Assembly: GCA_039586795.1 (NCBI GenBank)
Contig: JBDHJS010000007.1
Coordinates: 40,903 to 104,902, forward strand
DNA from: Gemmatimonadota bacterium
GTDB taxonomy: Bacteria > Gemmatimonadota > Gemmatimonadetes > Palauibacterales > KS3-K002
Direction of reading: 5' to 3'
Length of the DNA stretch: 64,000 bases
The notes under the pieces were generated by a model that had not been told where the DNA came from, ran no database searches, and saw nothing but the letters and a program-made list of their open reading frames with translations. The position numbers and the translations under genes are program-made. Below, in pieces: positions 40,473 to 49,009 of this stretch; positions within the stretch are counted from its first letter, which is position 1, and each line of letters begins with the position of its first letter.

Positions 40473-41543
40473 ATGAAGGCATTACTGAGTGCCCTGCTGG
40501 CCGCGGGACTGGTAGCCCTGGCGGCGGAGCCGGTTTCGGCTCAGCAGGAGTGGTCGTTCGAGGGGGATCAGGTCCTGGTATCGAACCTGATCGGCAATAT
40601 CACGGTCAGCGGGCATGACGGCTCGCGAATCGTCGTCCGCGTTCGCCCCGGCGGGGACGACTCCGATATCCTCGACTACCAGGTCAAAGAGGGCGGTCGA
40701 GCTGAATTCCACGTGGTATACCCCCTGGAGCAGGAGCTCGACTACAGCTATCCACGCCGCGGCGGCGGCAGCATGGAGACCCGTGTCGAGAGCTGGCGCA
40801 AGGCGAGCGGCTTCATGGAGGATCTCTACGGCGGGGTCTCGAGCCGCGACCGGATCCGGATCCGCGACGGCCGCGGTTCCGAGGCGTGGGCCGACCTCGA
40901 GGTTCTCGTCCCCAATGGCGTGAAGACGCACATCCGCCTCGCCGTCGGTGAACTGGAAGCCAAGAACGTGAACGGCGACATCTTCCTCGATACGTACAGC
41001 GGACCCGTTCGCGCTTCGAACATCACCGGAAATACTCTCATCGATACGGGCAGCGGCTCCGTGGTCGCCAGCATGATTCGAGGAGACCTCAATATCGACA
41101 CGGGATCGGGCCGTGTCGAAGCCGACGACGTCGAAGGCGATGAGATCCTAATCGACACGGGCAGCGGCAGAGTTACCCTGGAAAGGGCGAAAGGTCGCAG
41201 CGTAACCGTCGACACGGGCAGCGGTTCGGTCAGCGCCTCCGAGATCGATGCGGACGACACTCTCATCGATACCGGCTCAGGGTCTGTGACCCTCGACTTG
41301 GTACGTATGGGGAACGGCCGGCACGTGGTCGACACCGGCAGCGGCGGAGTGACTGTCTACCTGCCTTCAGACGCGTCTTGCCGAATCATCGCTGACACCG
41401 GCAGCGGTGGAATCGAGCTGGATATACCCAACGCTACGCTCAGCAGGATGAGTCGCGATCACATCGAGCTTTCGGTTGGCGGAGGCGATGGCAGGCTCGA
41501 GATCGATACCGGTTCAGGTTCGATCAAGATTCGCACGCGCTAG
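40473..41543 (+). CDS. DUF4097-family beta-strand repeat protein
   Basis: GGAGG SD, signal peptide, eight DTGSG repeats plus one DTYSG. Confidence 0.85.
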   Translation: MKALLSALLAAGLVALAAEPVSAQQEWSFEGDQVLVSNLIGNITVSGHDGSRIVVRVRPGGDDSDILDYQVKEGGRAEFHVVYPLEQELDYSYPRRGGGSMETRVESWRKASGFMEDLYGGVSSRDRIRIRDGRGSEAWADLEVLVPNGVKTHIRLAVGELEAKNVNGDIFLDTYSGPVRASNITGNTLIDTGSGSVVASMIRGDLNIDTGSGRVEADDVEGDEILIDTGSGRVTLERAKGRSVTVDTGSGSVSASEIDADDTLIDTGSGSVTLDLVRMGNGRHVVDTGSGGVTVYLPSDASCRIIADTGSGGIELDIPNATLSRMSRDHIELSVGGGDGRLEIDTGSGSIKIRTR

Positions 41544-41735
41544 TTCCTGAAGTCGGCCGCGCGGATATGTCCGCACCCAAAGGTCAGCTACTGACCGGGC
41601 GCCCGCCTGGGTGCGGACACCGCCGGCCAGTTCGTGCATTATCTCGAACGGTCCGCTACCTGGCGGGCCGTTGTTTTTGCTGCGCCGTCGATCTACTCTC
41701 ACCACCACACCTCGCTGATAACCGACGGAGACAAC

Positions 41736-42221
41736 ATGAGTCTGCCCAAGTCAGTCTTCACCGGTCTGACATTGACCCTGCTGGTCACCGCGTGCTCGCG
41801 CCAAACCGATCGCGCACAGACAACCCAGGCTGACATGGTGGCGGTTGCCCGTCTGATGGTCACACTGGATCGCGTAGTATCGGAGGAAGACCTTGACGGG
41901 TTCTTGGCCCTAGTTTCAGAGGATGCGGTCTACATGCTGCCCGACAAACCGGCCATCGTGGGAAAGCGAGCGATTGGCGAATTCTATCGCACGCTCTTCG
42001 CCGCGACCAACATCGAGATCGTACACCAAGTGCTGGAAATCGATGTTGCCGACGACCTGATCATCCATCGGGGGAACGCGACCGGCTCGACAACGCGACG
42101 GACTGACGGCGAATCCGTCGACTTCGATGACAAGTATCTACTGGTCATCAAGCGGTCCGCGGATGGCTCGCTTCGTGTATGGCGTGCAATGATGAACGGA
42201 AACGCAGCCGCGACCCGTTGA
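41736..42221 (+). CDS. NTF2/DUF4440-like lipoprotein
   Basis: GGAG SD, lipobox VTAC, DAVYMLPDKPAIVGK and KYLLVIKRSADGS motifs. Confidence 0.75.
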   Translation: MSLPKSVFTGLTLTLLVTACSRQTDRAQTTQADMVAVARLMVTLDRVVSEEDLDGFLALVSEDAVYMLPDKPAIVGKRAIGEFYRTLFAATNIEIVHQVLEIDVADDLIIHRGNATGSTTRRTDGESVDFDDKYLLVIKRSADGSLRVWRAMMNGNAAATR

Positions 42222-42222
42222 C

Positions 42223-42990
42223 TTACGAAAGGTCCCCCTCATCCGCGAGAGGATCTCCGAGTATCCGCTTGTCCGGCGGCACCATCAGCTTCCATAGACC
42301 AAGGCCGAGCAGCGCGTTCACGGCAGCGTGCGCAACGATCGCCGGCCACAGGCCAGCTCCCGCAATCACCGGAAGACAAAGCACGAATCCCATGGCGAAC
42401 GCGCGCACGGCTCCTGCTTGACCCTGGTATCCGTGCAACACGCCGAACGCCAGGTTCGCTATCACCGCGGCGTACCAGCCATTCTCCAACCAGCCGTTGA
42501 GTCCCGCCAGCAGAAAGCCGTGATACGTCAGCTCCTCGCCGAACCCAGCGCTCACCGACACACCCATGAACATCCTCAGGTCACGGCCGTCGCGTGGCAT
42601 CAGATGGTAGGTCAGGCGTGACTCGCGGAGGCCCAAACGCGCCGCCGTGCGACTGATCACGAAATTGCCAAACAAGGTGCCAAGAGTGATCGCGACGCTC
42701 CAACCCACAAAAGACACAAGGCTGGTAGAGTGCAATCCGATCGTGGAGAACGGTGCGCCTTCCAAAAGGAGCACCACAAAGGTCAATCCGGCGAGGAACA
42801 GGATCCCGATGATGGCCGATGAGTAGAGGCTGGAACGTGGCGGAAGCCGCAAATCGCTATCGTCGGGCTGCAGAAGCGCGAGGAATGGTACGACGACCAG
42901 CAGAAAGAAGACGAAGATCCGCCCGGACCACCCGAAGGCCACGGCCGGTGCAGCATCCTGGAAGATTGAGGCGAGCATACTCACAAGCAT
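42223..42990 (-). CDS. CPBP (CAAX) family intramembrane metalloprotease
   Basis: GEELTYHG, FGVLHGYQG and HAAVN motifs. Confidence 0.85.
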   Translation of the reverse strand: MLVSMLASIFQDAAPAVAFGWSGRIFVFFLLVVVPFLALLQPDDSDLRLPPRSSLYSSAIIGILFLAGLTFVVLLLEGAPFSTIGLHSTSLVSFVGWSVAITLGTLFGNFVISRTAARLGLRESRLTYHLMPRDGRDLRMFMGVSVSAGFGEELTYHGFLLAGLNGWLENGWYAAVIANLAFGVLHGYQGQAGAVRAFAMGFVLCLPVIAGAGLWPAIVAHAAVNALLGLGLWKLMVPPDKRILGDPLADEGDLS

Positions 42991-43077
42991 GCTCCGCTCA
43001 CCTCACACTTGCCTCTGCCCGGTATTTCGGTCAGCATGGTCATATCTAGGCGTCCTTCACCACATTCACCTTCCACC

Positions 43078-43800
43078 ATGGCTAACAAGATCGAGCATAC
43101 GGCCTCACACCTCAAGCGGCGATTGAAAGAGCTGGCCAGCCCCGAGCGGCGCCGCTCGACGGAACGCTTCTTCAAGGAGCCCGTCCGTTGCTTGGGAGTG
43201 TCCACACCCGACGTCCGCCGGCTATCAGGCGAGGCGGCGAAGGAATACCGCGGCGCGAAACTGGAGTTCCAGGCGATACTAAACTTCGCCGATCGCCTTT
43301 GGCGCGGCGGAATTCTCGAGGAGCGTGTCCTGGCCGTTGTTCTCCTGGCGCGGTTCAAGCACAGCTTCACCCGCGATCACTGGGACCACCTGGATTCATG
43401 GGTCGATGGATTGACCAACTGGGGTGAGACCGACGGGCTGTGCTGCGAAGTACTCGCACCGTTGATCGTCCACGATCCTTCACTGGCTCGCCGCCTTCTC
43501 GCCTGGACCCACGCTCCCGGACGGTGGCGGCGACGAGCCGCGGCCGTCGCTCTCGTCAAAGCTGCCCGGGCAGGAGACCACCACGACCTCGCGTTCCAGA
43601 TCTGCGACAGCATGGCGGAAGATCGGGATGACATGGTCGAGAAAGGTGTGGGTTGGCTCTTGAAGGAGATGTCACGCACCGAGCCCAACCGCGTCGCGGA
43701 GTACCTGCTCGCCAACATCAGCCGGCTCTCCCGAACGACCGTCCGTTACGCGTGCGAGAAGCTGCCTTCAGACCTGCGACAGACGGTGATGTCGGCTTGA
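43078..43800 (+). CDS. DNA alkylation repair (AlkD-like) protein
   Basis: LGVSTP, NWGETD, WRRRAA, KGVGWLLKE and RTTVRYACEK motifs. Confidence 0.88.
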   Translation: MANKIEHTASHLKRRLKELASPERRRSTERFFKEPVRCLGVSTPDVRRLSGEAAKEYRGAKLEFQAILNFADRLWRGGILEERVLAVVLLARFKHSFTRDHWDHLDSWVDGLTNWGETDGLCCEVLAPLIVHDPSLARRLLAWTHAPGRWRRRAAAVALVKAARAGDHHDLAFQICDSMAEDRDDMVEKGVGWLLKEMSRTEPNRVAEYLLANISRLSRTTVRYACEKLPSDLRQTVMSA

Positions 43801-43826
43801 CTCAAGTACTCGTTTCGAGCGCGGCC

Positions 43827-44795
43827 TCAAGCTCTGTGGCGTACGATCAAGTCTGACAGAACCTGCGCTTCCACGTTTCCACCGCTGACCACGACGGCAA
43901 CGTTTTCGCCGCGCCCCGAGAACTTACCAGAGAGCAACGCGGCAATGCCCACGGCTCCGCCGCCCTCGACCAGACACCGGTGCTCGACGGCCGAGAACGC
44001 CATCGCCTCACGGATCTCATCTTCATCGACGAGCAAATACTCGTCCACCAGCTCGTCGACCATGCGGTACGTGTAGCGGTTATCGAGACCGATTCCACCG
44101 GCCAGCGCATTGGCTATCGTGTCTTCTTCGGGAAAGCTGATGGGCTTCCCCGCCAGCAGACTCTCGTGCATGACGCGCGCGTTCTTAGCCGAAACGCCAA
44201 CCACTCGCATCATCGGCTCTTCCCGCTTCACCGCCAACGTGATCCCGGCAATCAATCCACCGCCGGATAGCGGGACAACGATGGTATCGAGCAGCCGGTT
44301 CTGCTCGAGGATTTCGAGACCAATCGTGCCCTGGCCCGCAATGACGTCCAGGTCATCGAAGGGATGGACAAAGACAAGGTTGCGCTCACGTTCGATTTCT
44401 CGAGACCGCGCCTCGGCTTCGTCGTAAGTACCACCGAACAGGACAGTTTCGGCCCGATGCCGGCGGATCGCCTCGAGTTTAGTGGGATCCACCCACTCCG
44501 GGACACAGACAACGGCGTGTATGTCCAACAGATCCGCCACGTAGGCCACCGCGCGGCCGTGGTTTCCGCTTGAACAACACACGACACCGCGCTCTTTCTC
44601 CGCCTTGGAGAGAGAGAGGATCTTGTTGGCAGCGCCGCGAACCTTGAACGAGCCCGTGACCTGGAGGTTTTCCAGTTTCAGCCACACGTGGGCGCCGGTG
44701 CGTTCGTCTAGCTCGGGCGAAGAGATCATCGGCGTGTCGACCGCGATGCGCGCTATTCGTTCACGTGCGGCTTCGGTATCGATCTCCTTCATCAA
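43827..44795 (-). CDS. PLP-dependent threonine/serine dehydratase family protein
   Basis: KLENLQVTGSFKVRGA, SSGNHG, GQGTIG and SGGN motifs. Confidence 0.9.
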   Translation of the reverse strand: MMKEIDTEAARERIARIAVDTPMISSPELDERTGAHVWLKLENLQVTGSFKVRGAANKILSLSKAEKERGVVCCSSGNHGRAVAYVADLLDIHAVVCVPEWVDPTKLEAIRRHRAETVLFGGTYDEAEARSREIERERNLVFVHPFDDLDVIAGQGTIGLEILEQNRLLDTIVVPLSGGGLIAGITLAVKREEPMMRVVGVSAKNARVMHESLLAGKPISFPEEDTIANALAGGIGLDNRYTYRMVDELVDEYLLVDEDEIREAMAFSAVEHRCLVEGGGAVGIAALLSGKFSGRGENVAVVVSGGNVEAQVLSDLIVRHRA

Positions 44796-44977
44796 GTCTC
44801 CTTGGGTCCACTAAGTGGTCGCAGACGAAGAAGCATGGCCAGAAATCTACGGCGTTGCCGCATCCAAGGAAATCTCACTCAGACTCTTCTTCCTCGGTTC
44901 GCGCTCTTGCTGACAGCGGGATCGTTCGATTACGATCACGATAAAGAGCACGAGCACGAGTAGGAGCAGGAGTAAAG

Positions 44978-45011
44978 AAAAGAGGGGGGCGTTGATAGCG
45001 CCCCCCCTTTT
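44978..45011. terminator. Intrinsic terminator after the ECF/DUF4097 operon, potentially bidirectional
   Basis: AAAAG-AGGGGGGCG...CGCCCCCCC-TTTT. Confidence 0.75.
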
Positions 45012-45035
45012 GCACTAGCGGTGGTTTTTCGTTGA

Positions 45036-45833
45036 CTAGGACCGGCGGATTTGGATGCTGCCGTTGACTGTCTTCACGACGAGCTTCCGTCCCCCGGAAC
45101 CGATCGTCCCTTTAATGTTCCGCGGTGAAAAGCGGCCTTCCACCGTGAGCGGAAAGTCGATGTTCATCTGACCGTTGACGGTGGACAGGCTGACATCGCA
45201 GTCCAGGTCGTCAGGCATTTCCAATGTCACGCTGCCGTTCACTGTGGTGAAGTCGAGCGCGCCATCCCAGTCGGCCCTGCCCATCGACACTGTGATCGAT
45301 CCGTTCACCGTGGTCGCTTCGGCGAGCCCGCCGGCGTAAATATCGACGCTCCCGTTGACCGTGTACGCGAACACATCACCCTCGATGCCTCGCGCATCGA
45401 CTTCGCCATTAATGTTGCGGCCGATGAAGTTGACGCCCGCCGGTACGCTGACACGGAACTCAACACTAACGTTGTAGTCTTCTTTGATGTTTGTCCGACC
45501 CCGCGATCCCGGCTCGCACTCGTTGGGCCGATCTTCATCCTTGCTGGGATACACGGCGCAGATCGTCACACCTTTGTCGTGTTCCAGCACGACCATTTCG
45601 ATCTCGCGAGGGTCGTCATTGTCCCTGCTACGCATGCGGACGCTGACCTGCACCTCGTTACCCGAGCCGGCCTCTGCCACGATCTCGCCGCTGACTCCTT
45701 TGATTTCGATCGCGTCACCACGATCGACGCGCCCGCTCCAATCCCAGTCGCGTGTTTGGGCTGCGCTGCTGGCGGGCGTCCAGACCGCGAGGATCACTGC
45801 CAGTCCTGCTGCGCCGAGCTTATACATTTCCAT
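45036..45833 (-). CDS. DUF4097-family beta-strand repeat protein
   Basis: Signal peptide and repeated TVNG motifs. Confidence 0.85.
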   Translation of the reverse strand: MEMYKLGAAGLAVILAVWTPASSAAQTRDWDWSGRVDRGDAIEIKGVSGEIVAEAGSGNEVQVSVRMRSRDNDDPREIEMVVLEHDKGVTICAVYPSKDEDRPNECEPGSRGRTNIKEDYNVSVEFRVSVPAGVNFIGRNINGEVDARGIEGDVFAYTVNGSVDIYAGGLAEATTVNGSITVSMGRADWDGALDFTTVNGSVTLEMPDDLDCDVSLSTVNGQMNIDFPLTVEGRFSPRNIKGTIGSGGRKLVVKTVNGSIQIRRS

Positions 45834-45862
45834 TTCCTCCGTTTACCTGCCCGCTTTCACAT

Positions 45863-46960
45863 CTATCGTCGTAGAAGTTGGATATCACCATCAAACGTAC
45901 TGAGCTCCAACCGCGCCCCACCGTTACCGAGAACGAAACTGAACTTCCGACTTGCCTGGGCGCCGTGAAGCTGGACCGGGAAGTCCGCTTCGAATTCGCC
46001 ATCGAACGTAGCCACCGAGATATCGGCGTTCGCATTCGCCGGTATCTTCACAACCACATCGCCATCGTGCGTCGTCAGCTTGTAGCGGCCGTCATCGAGG
46101 ATCGTGCCTTCGTAGTAGACTTCGCCGTCGACGGTCTTGGCCTCCACGCTTGCGGAGTTGACTCCCTCCAGGGTGATGTCTCCGTCAACAGACTCAATGA
46201 ATATCCGGCCATCGAAACCAAGAACATCGATGTCGCCGTCCATGCTGTTCGCTTCCAGGCTGCCAGTCGAGCGTTGTACCACGACGTCACCCTCTACCGA
46301 CTTGAGAGACAGCTCGCCCCCGGCGTTCCGAATCTCGATCTCGCCTTCCAGGGTCTCGACCTGCACACCGCCCTGGACACCCTCAACCGAGATGTCCGTA
46401 TAGAATCCCCACAGGTCAACGGCCATCCAGCTTGGGACCGTGACCTCGAAGTCGACGGACTCGGGGTGACCGTGCCGTGCTTCGGTCTTGATATTCACCG
46501 TCGATCCTGACTGGTACACCTTGATCCGATCGTCGCTCGAATAGCTAGCCTCGATGCGAACCTGATCTCGACTCCAGGATCTGATGATGATCTCGCCCGC
46601 ATGGTTACGCAGCTCGAGCCGGGCGCCACGACTGACATCCAGCGTGGTGTCCATATCCAGATCCTGGTAATCCCAGTCGTGGTCGTCGTAGTACCAATCG
46701 ACGTACTCAGGGATCTCGATCGTGAACGCCGGAATCTCCACATCGACATAAGGCAGGTACAATTCGAACCCATCATAGTAGAACTCGACGGCCGAGGCCG
46801 AGAATTCCACCATTGGGATCTCGATGTCGATGTTGTACTCCGGTATCTCGATATCGATCGCGGGTATCTGGATATCGTGGACTCGAACTTCCGTCCGCTC
46901 CTGGGGTTCCTGTGGAGCCGCGATCGCGACCGCTGCTCCTAGCAATAGCTTGGCAAACAT
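45863..46960 (-). CDS. DUF4097-family protein with acidic N-terminal extension
   Basis: Repeated (S/T)x(D/E)G(D/E) beta-motifs and C-terminal GNGGARLELSTFDGDI. Confidence 0.8.
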   Translation of the reverse strand: MFAKLLLGAAVAIAAPQEPQERTEVRVHDIQIPAIDIEIPEYNIDIEIPMVEFSASAVEFYYDGFELYLPYVDVEIPAFTIEIPEYVDWYYDDHDWDYQDLDMDTTLDVSRGARLELRNHAGEIIIRSWSRDQVRIEASYSSDDRIKVYQSGSTVNIKTEARHGHPESVDFEVTVPSWMAVDLWGFYTDISVEGVQGGVQVETLEGEIEIRNAGGELSLKSVEGDVVVQRSTGSLEANSMDGDIDVLGFDGRIFIESVDGDITLEGVNSASVEAKTVDGEVYYEGTILDDGRYKLTTHDGDVVVKIPANANADISVATFDGEFEADFPVQLHGAQASRKFSFVLGNGGARLELSTFDGDIQLLRR

Positions 46961-46982
46961 CGCTCTTCCTCGTCCTGCGGGT

Positions 46983-47699
46983 TTAGCTGACCGCTCCAGC
47001 CATCTGAACTGCTTGTCTCAAGAACTCCAACTTCTGCCTCTTCGTCACAGCCAGATGCTCATGCAAGTATATGCTACCCGGGTCCTGGGTGAGCGCTTGT
47101 TGCGCCTGCGCGATGGCCCGGTCGATGATTCTCAGATTCTCCTCGATCACTCTTACCGTTGCTGTATCGAGACGATCTCGACTCTCCAATAGTACGCGAT
47201 CCAACTCAGCAACCGCGGCTTCATAAGGAGTCGCAACGAAGCTTGCTGCGCCCGATATATCCTGCGTGGGAGCTTCAATGACCACGGTTTCCTGCTCGGG
47301 TCCTGTCGCTCGGACCGCCAGCCAGGCGCTCCCACCGGAAAGCACCATCAGCGCGACGCTCGCCGCCGCCAGCTGCGGGACCGAGAACGTGAACCGCCGC
47401 TCTTTGAGTCCGGCGTGTTTCCGCTGCCGGTATTCATCGAGTCCCGTCACGTCCTCGTCCTCGGGCGTCGCGCCTATCCGCCCCGCGATGCCAGGCCACA
47501 GGTTGGAGGCCGGCGAACGATCCGTCAGCGAACCTGCACGATCAACCACGCGCCGCAGCTGTTCCAGCGTCTCGGAGCACTCCTGGCACTCAGCCAGGTG
47601 CGCCTCGAACTCGTGACGCTCTTCAGCGGTCAGCTCGCCGTCCAAGTACTCTGACAGTCTGTCGATCCACCGATCGTTCATCTCAATCAACTCCATCAC
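46983..47699 (-). CDS. Zinc-binding (zf-HC2) anti-sigma factor
   Basis: LSEYLDGEL...HLAECQEC and a single TM. Overlaps the sigma stop. Confidence 0.88.
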   Translation of the reverse strand: MMELIEMNDRWIDRLSEYLDGELTAEERHEFEAHLAECQECSETLEQLRRVVDRAGSLTDRSPASNLWPGIAGRIGATPEDEDVTGLDEYRQRKHAGLKERRFTFSVPQLAAASVALMVLSGGSAWLAVRATGPEQETVVIEAPTQDISGAASFVATPYEAAVAELDRVLLESRDRLDTATVRVIEENLRIIDRAIAQAQQALTQDPGSIYLHEHLAVTKRQKLEFLRQAVQMAGAVS

Positions 47700-48259
47700 C
47701 GATCTAAATGCTCGCGAAGTATCATCCGGGCTCTGTGCAGCTGGGACTTCGATGTCCCCGTACTAATGCCCAGCATCTTCGCTATCTCGTCGTGCTTGTA
47801 TCCCTCAACATCGTGCAAAACGAACACCTCTTGCGCTCCGTCCGGGAGCATCCCCATCGCAGCCTCGAAATCGATCGCCGTCTCTGGCCCCTTCGGTCGC
47901 TCCGAGAGCAAATCCAGCACCTTCTCTCCATCCACGAATCGCTCTCTCGATATCCCCAGCTTCTTCCGCCTCCCCAGAATCACGTTTATCGCCAACCTAT
48001 GAAGCCAGGTCCCGAACGCCGCCTCCCCACGAAAACTGCCCAACTTCTCCCAGGCTCTCACGAAGACGTCCTGGGTCACCTCATCCGCCAGATCCGGCCC
48101 GATCATCCGGCGGGCCAAGCTGTGGATTCTGGCCACATGCTTGTTGTAGAGGTTTTCAAATGCCCGCGTATCTCCAGCGGCGGCGAGCGCCGCATCGTCG
48201 GCGTCTGCAGGCCGTAAGTCCCTGTCGTGCTTCAGGTTAGCAACTCTCCAGGGCCCCAG
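47696..48259 (-). CDS. ECF RNA polymerase sigma factor (probable CTG start)
   Basis: AGDTRAFENLY, QDVFVRAW, FGTWLHR and GTSKSQLHRAR motifs. The conserved N-terminus extends upstream of the first canonical start (48136). Confidence 0.88.
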   Translation of the reverse strand: MGPWRVANLKHDRDLRPADADDAALAAAGDTRAFENLYNKHVARIHSLARRMIGPDLADEVTQDVFVRAWEKLGSFRGEAAFGTWLHRLAINVILGRRKKLGISRERFVDGEKVLDLLSERPKGPETAIDFEAAMGMLPDGAQEVFVLHDVEGYKHDEIAKMLGISTGTSKSQLHRARMILREHLDR

Positions 48260-48279
48260 ACGCCCCTCCTTTCACCCAC

Positions 48280-48310
48280 TGAGATACCCCGGGGGGCAGG
48301 AAGGTTGGAA
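48280..48310 (-). promoter_or_regulatory. Putative autoregulatory ECF promoter
   Basis: TTCCAACCTT-N15-ATCTCA directly upstream of the sigma SD. Confidence 0.65.
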
Positions 48311-48344
48311 CCCATCGTTACCCTGCGGCTACGGACCGGCGACG

Positions 48345-48782
48345 TCACGCCGCGCCTTCCAGGGCGCCTGGCCGGCTGACAAAGAGGAGAGCGAGTGCGG
48401 CGCCCGCGCCCAGCGCCATGAGAGTGGTGTTGGCGGTGAGCCAGCCGACAACGATGGCCAGCAATCCGCCGCTCTCGGCGATGGCCCAAGAGACCACGGC
48501 CTTGGGCTGATTTGCCTTCCACCACTGATCGAGATCCGTACCAGAAGGCGGGACAGGAATACGACCGCGCACCCCGTAGGAAGCGACCAAAGATGCCGCC
48601 AATCCGACATAGGCGACCCACTTGAGTATACCGGCCACCTGGCCCGAAAGATCAGTGCTTCCGCCGGTTCGCAAAAAGAGGAACACGCCGAACAGGGTAG
48701 CGATCCCGACACTGATCGCGGCGTGGATGATGCGCACTGTCTTCGCGGCGCTCAGCGTGCTGGAAGGGTTTTGCTCGGTCAT
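48345..48782 (-). CDS. Hypothetical membrane protein
   Basis: GGAG SD and about 4 hydrophobic segments. Confidence 0.7.
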   Translation of the reverse strand: MTEQNPSSTLSAAKTVRIIHAAISVGIATLFGVFLFLRTGGSTDLSGQVAGILKWVAYVGLAASLVASYGVRGRIPVPPSGTDLDQWWKANQPKAVVSWAIAESGGLLAIVVGWLTANTTLMALGAGAALALLFVSRPGALEGAA

Positions 48783-48852
48783 GGAATCTCCAAGTCTCTG
48801 GGATATCGGCGCCGGCGCACCATTATCAACGAACAATCTTAGAATTCCAAGA

Positions 48853-48942
48853 CCTAATCACAATCCTCAACACCCCGCCCCTCAACACCGAGGTCCTTTT
48901 CACTTGGGTATTGAGAGCTAGGTGTTGAGGATTGTCATTAGG
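48853..48942. repeat. 90-bp intergenic palindrome (REP/MITE-like)
   Basis: Outer arms CCTAATCACAATCCTCAACACC and GGTGTTGAGGATTGTCATTAGG match 21/22, with an inner CTCAA.../...TTGAG pair. Confidence 0.75.
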
Positions 48943-49009
48943 GACCAATAATCGAACATTGGACATGGACAACCGGTCCACGAGCGGACACCGTAGCGAG
49001 GACTTCGCC

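Noticed and set aside
41030..41525. Recurring GACACGGGCAGCGG-like DNA repeats at about 57-60 nt spacing (CRISPR-like periodicity)
   Set aside because: They encode the DTGSG protein repeats, vary at synonymous positions, and no cas genes are present.
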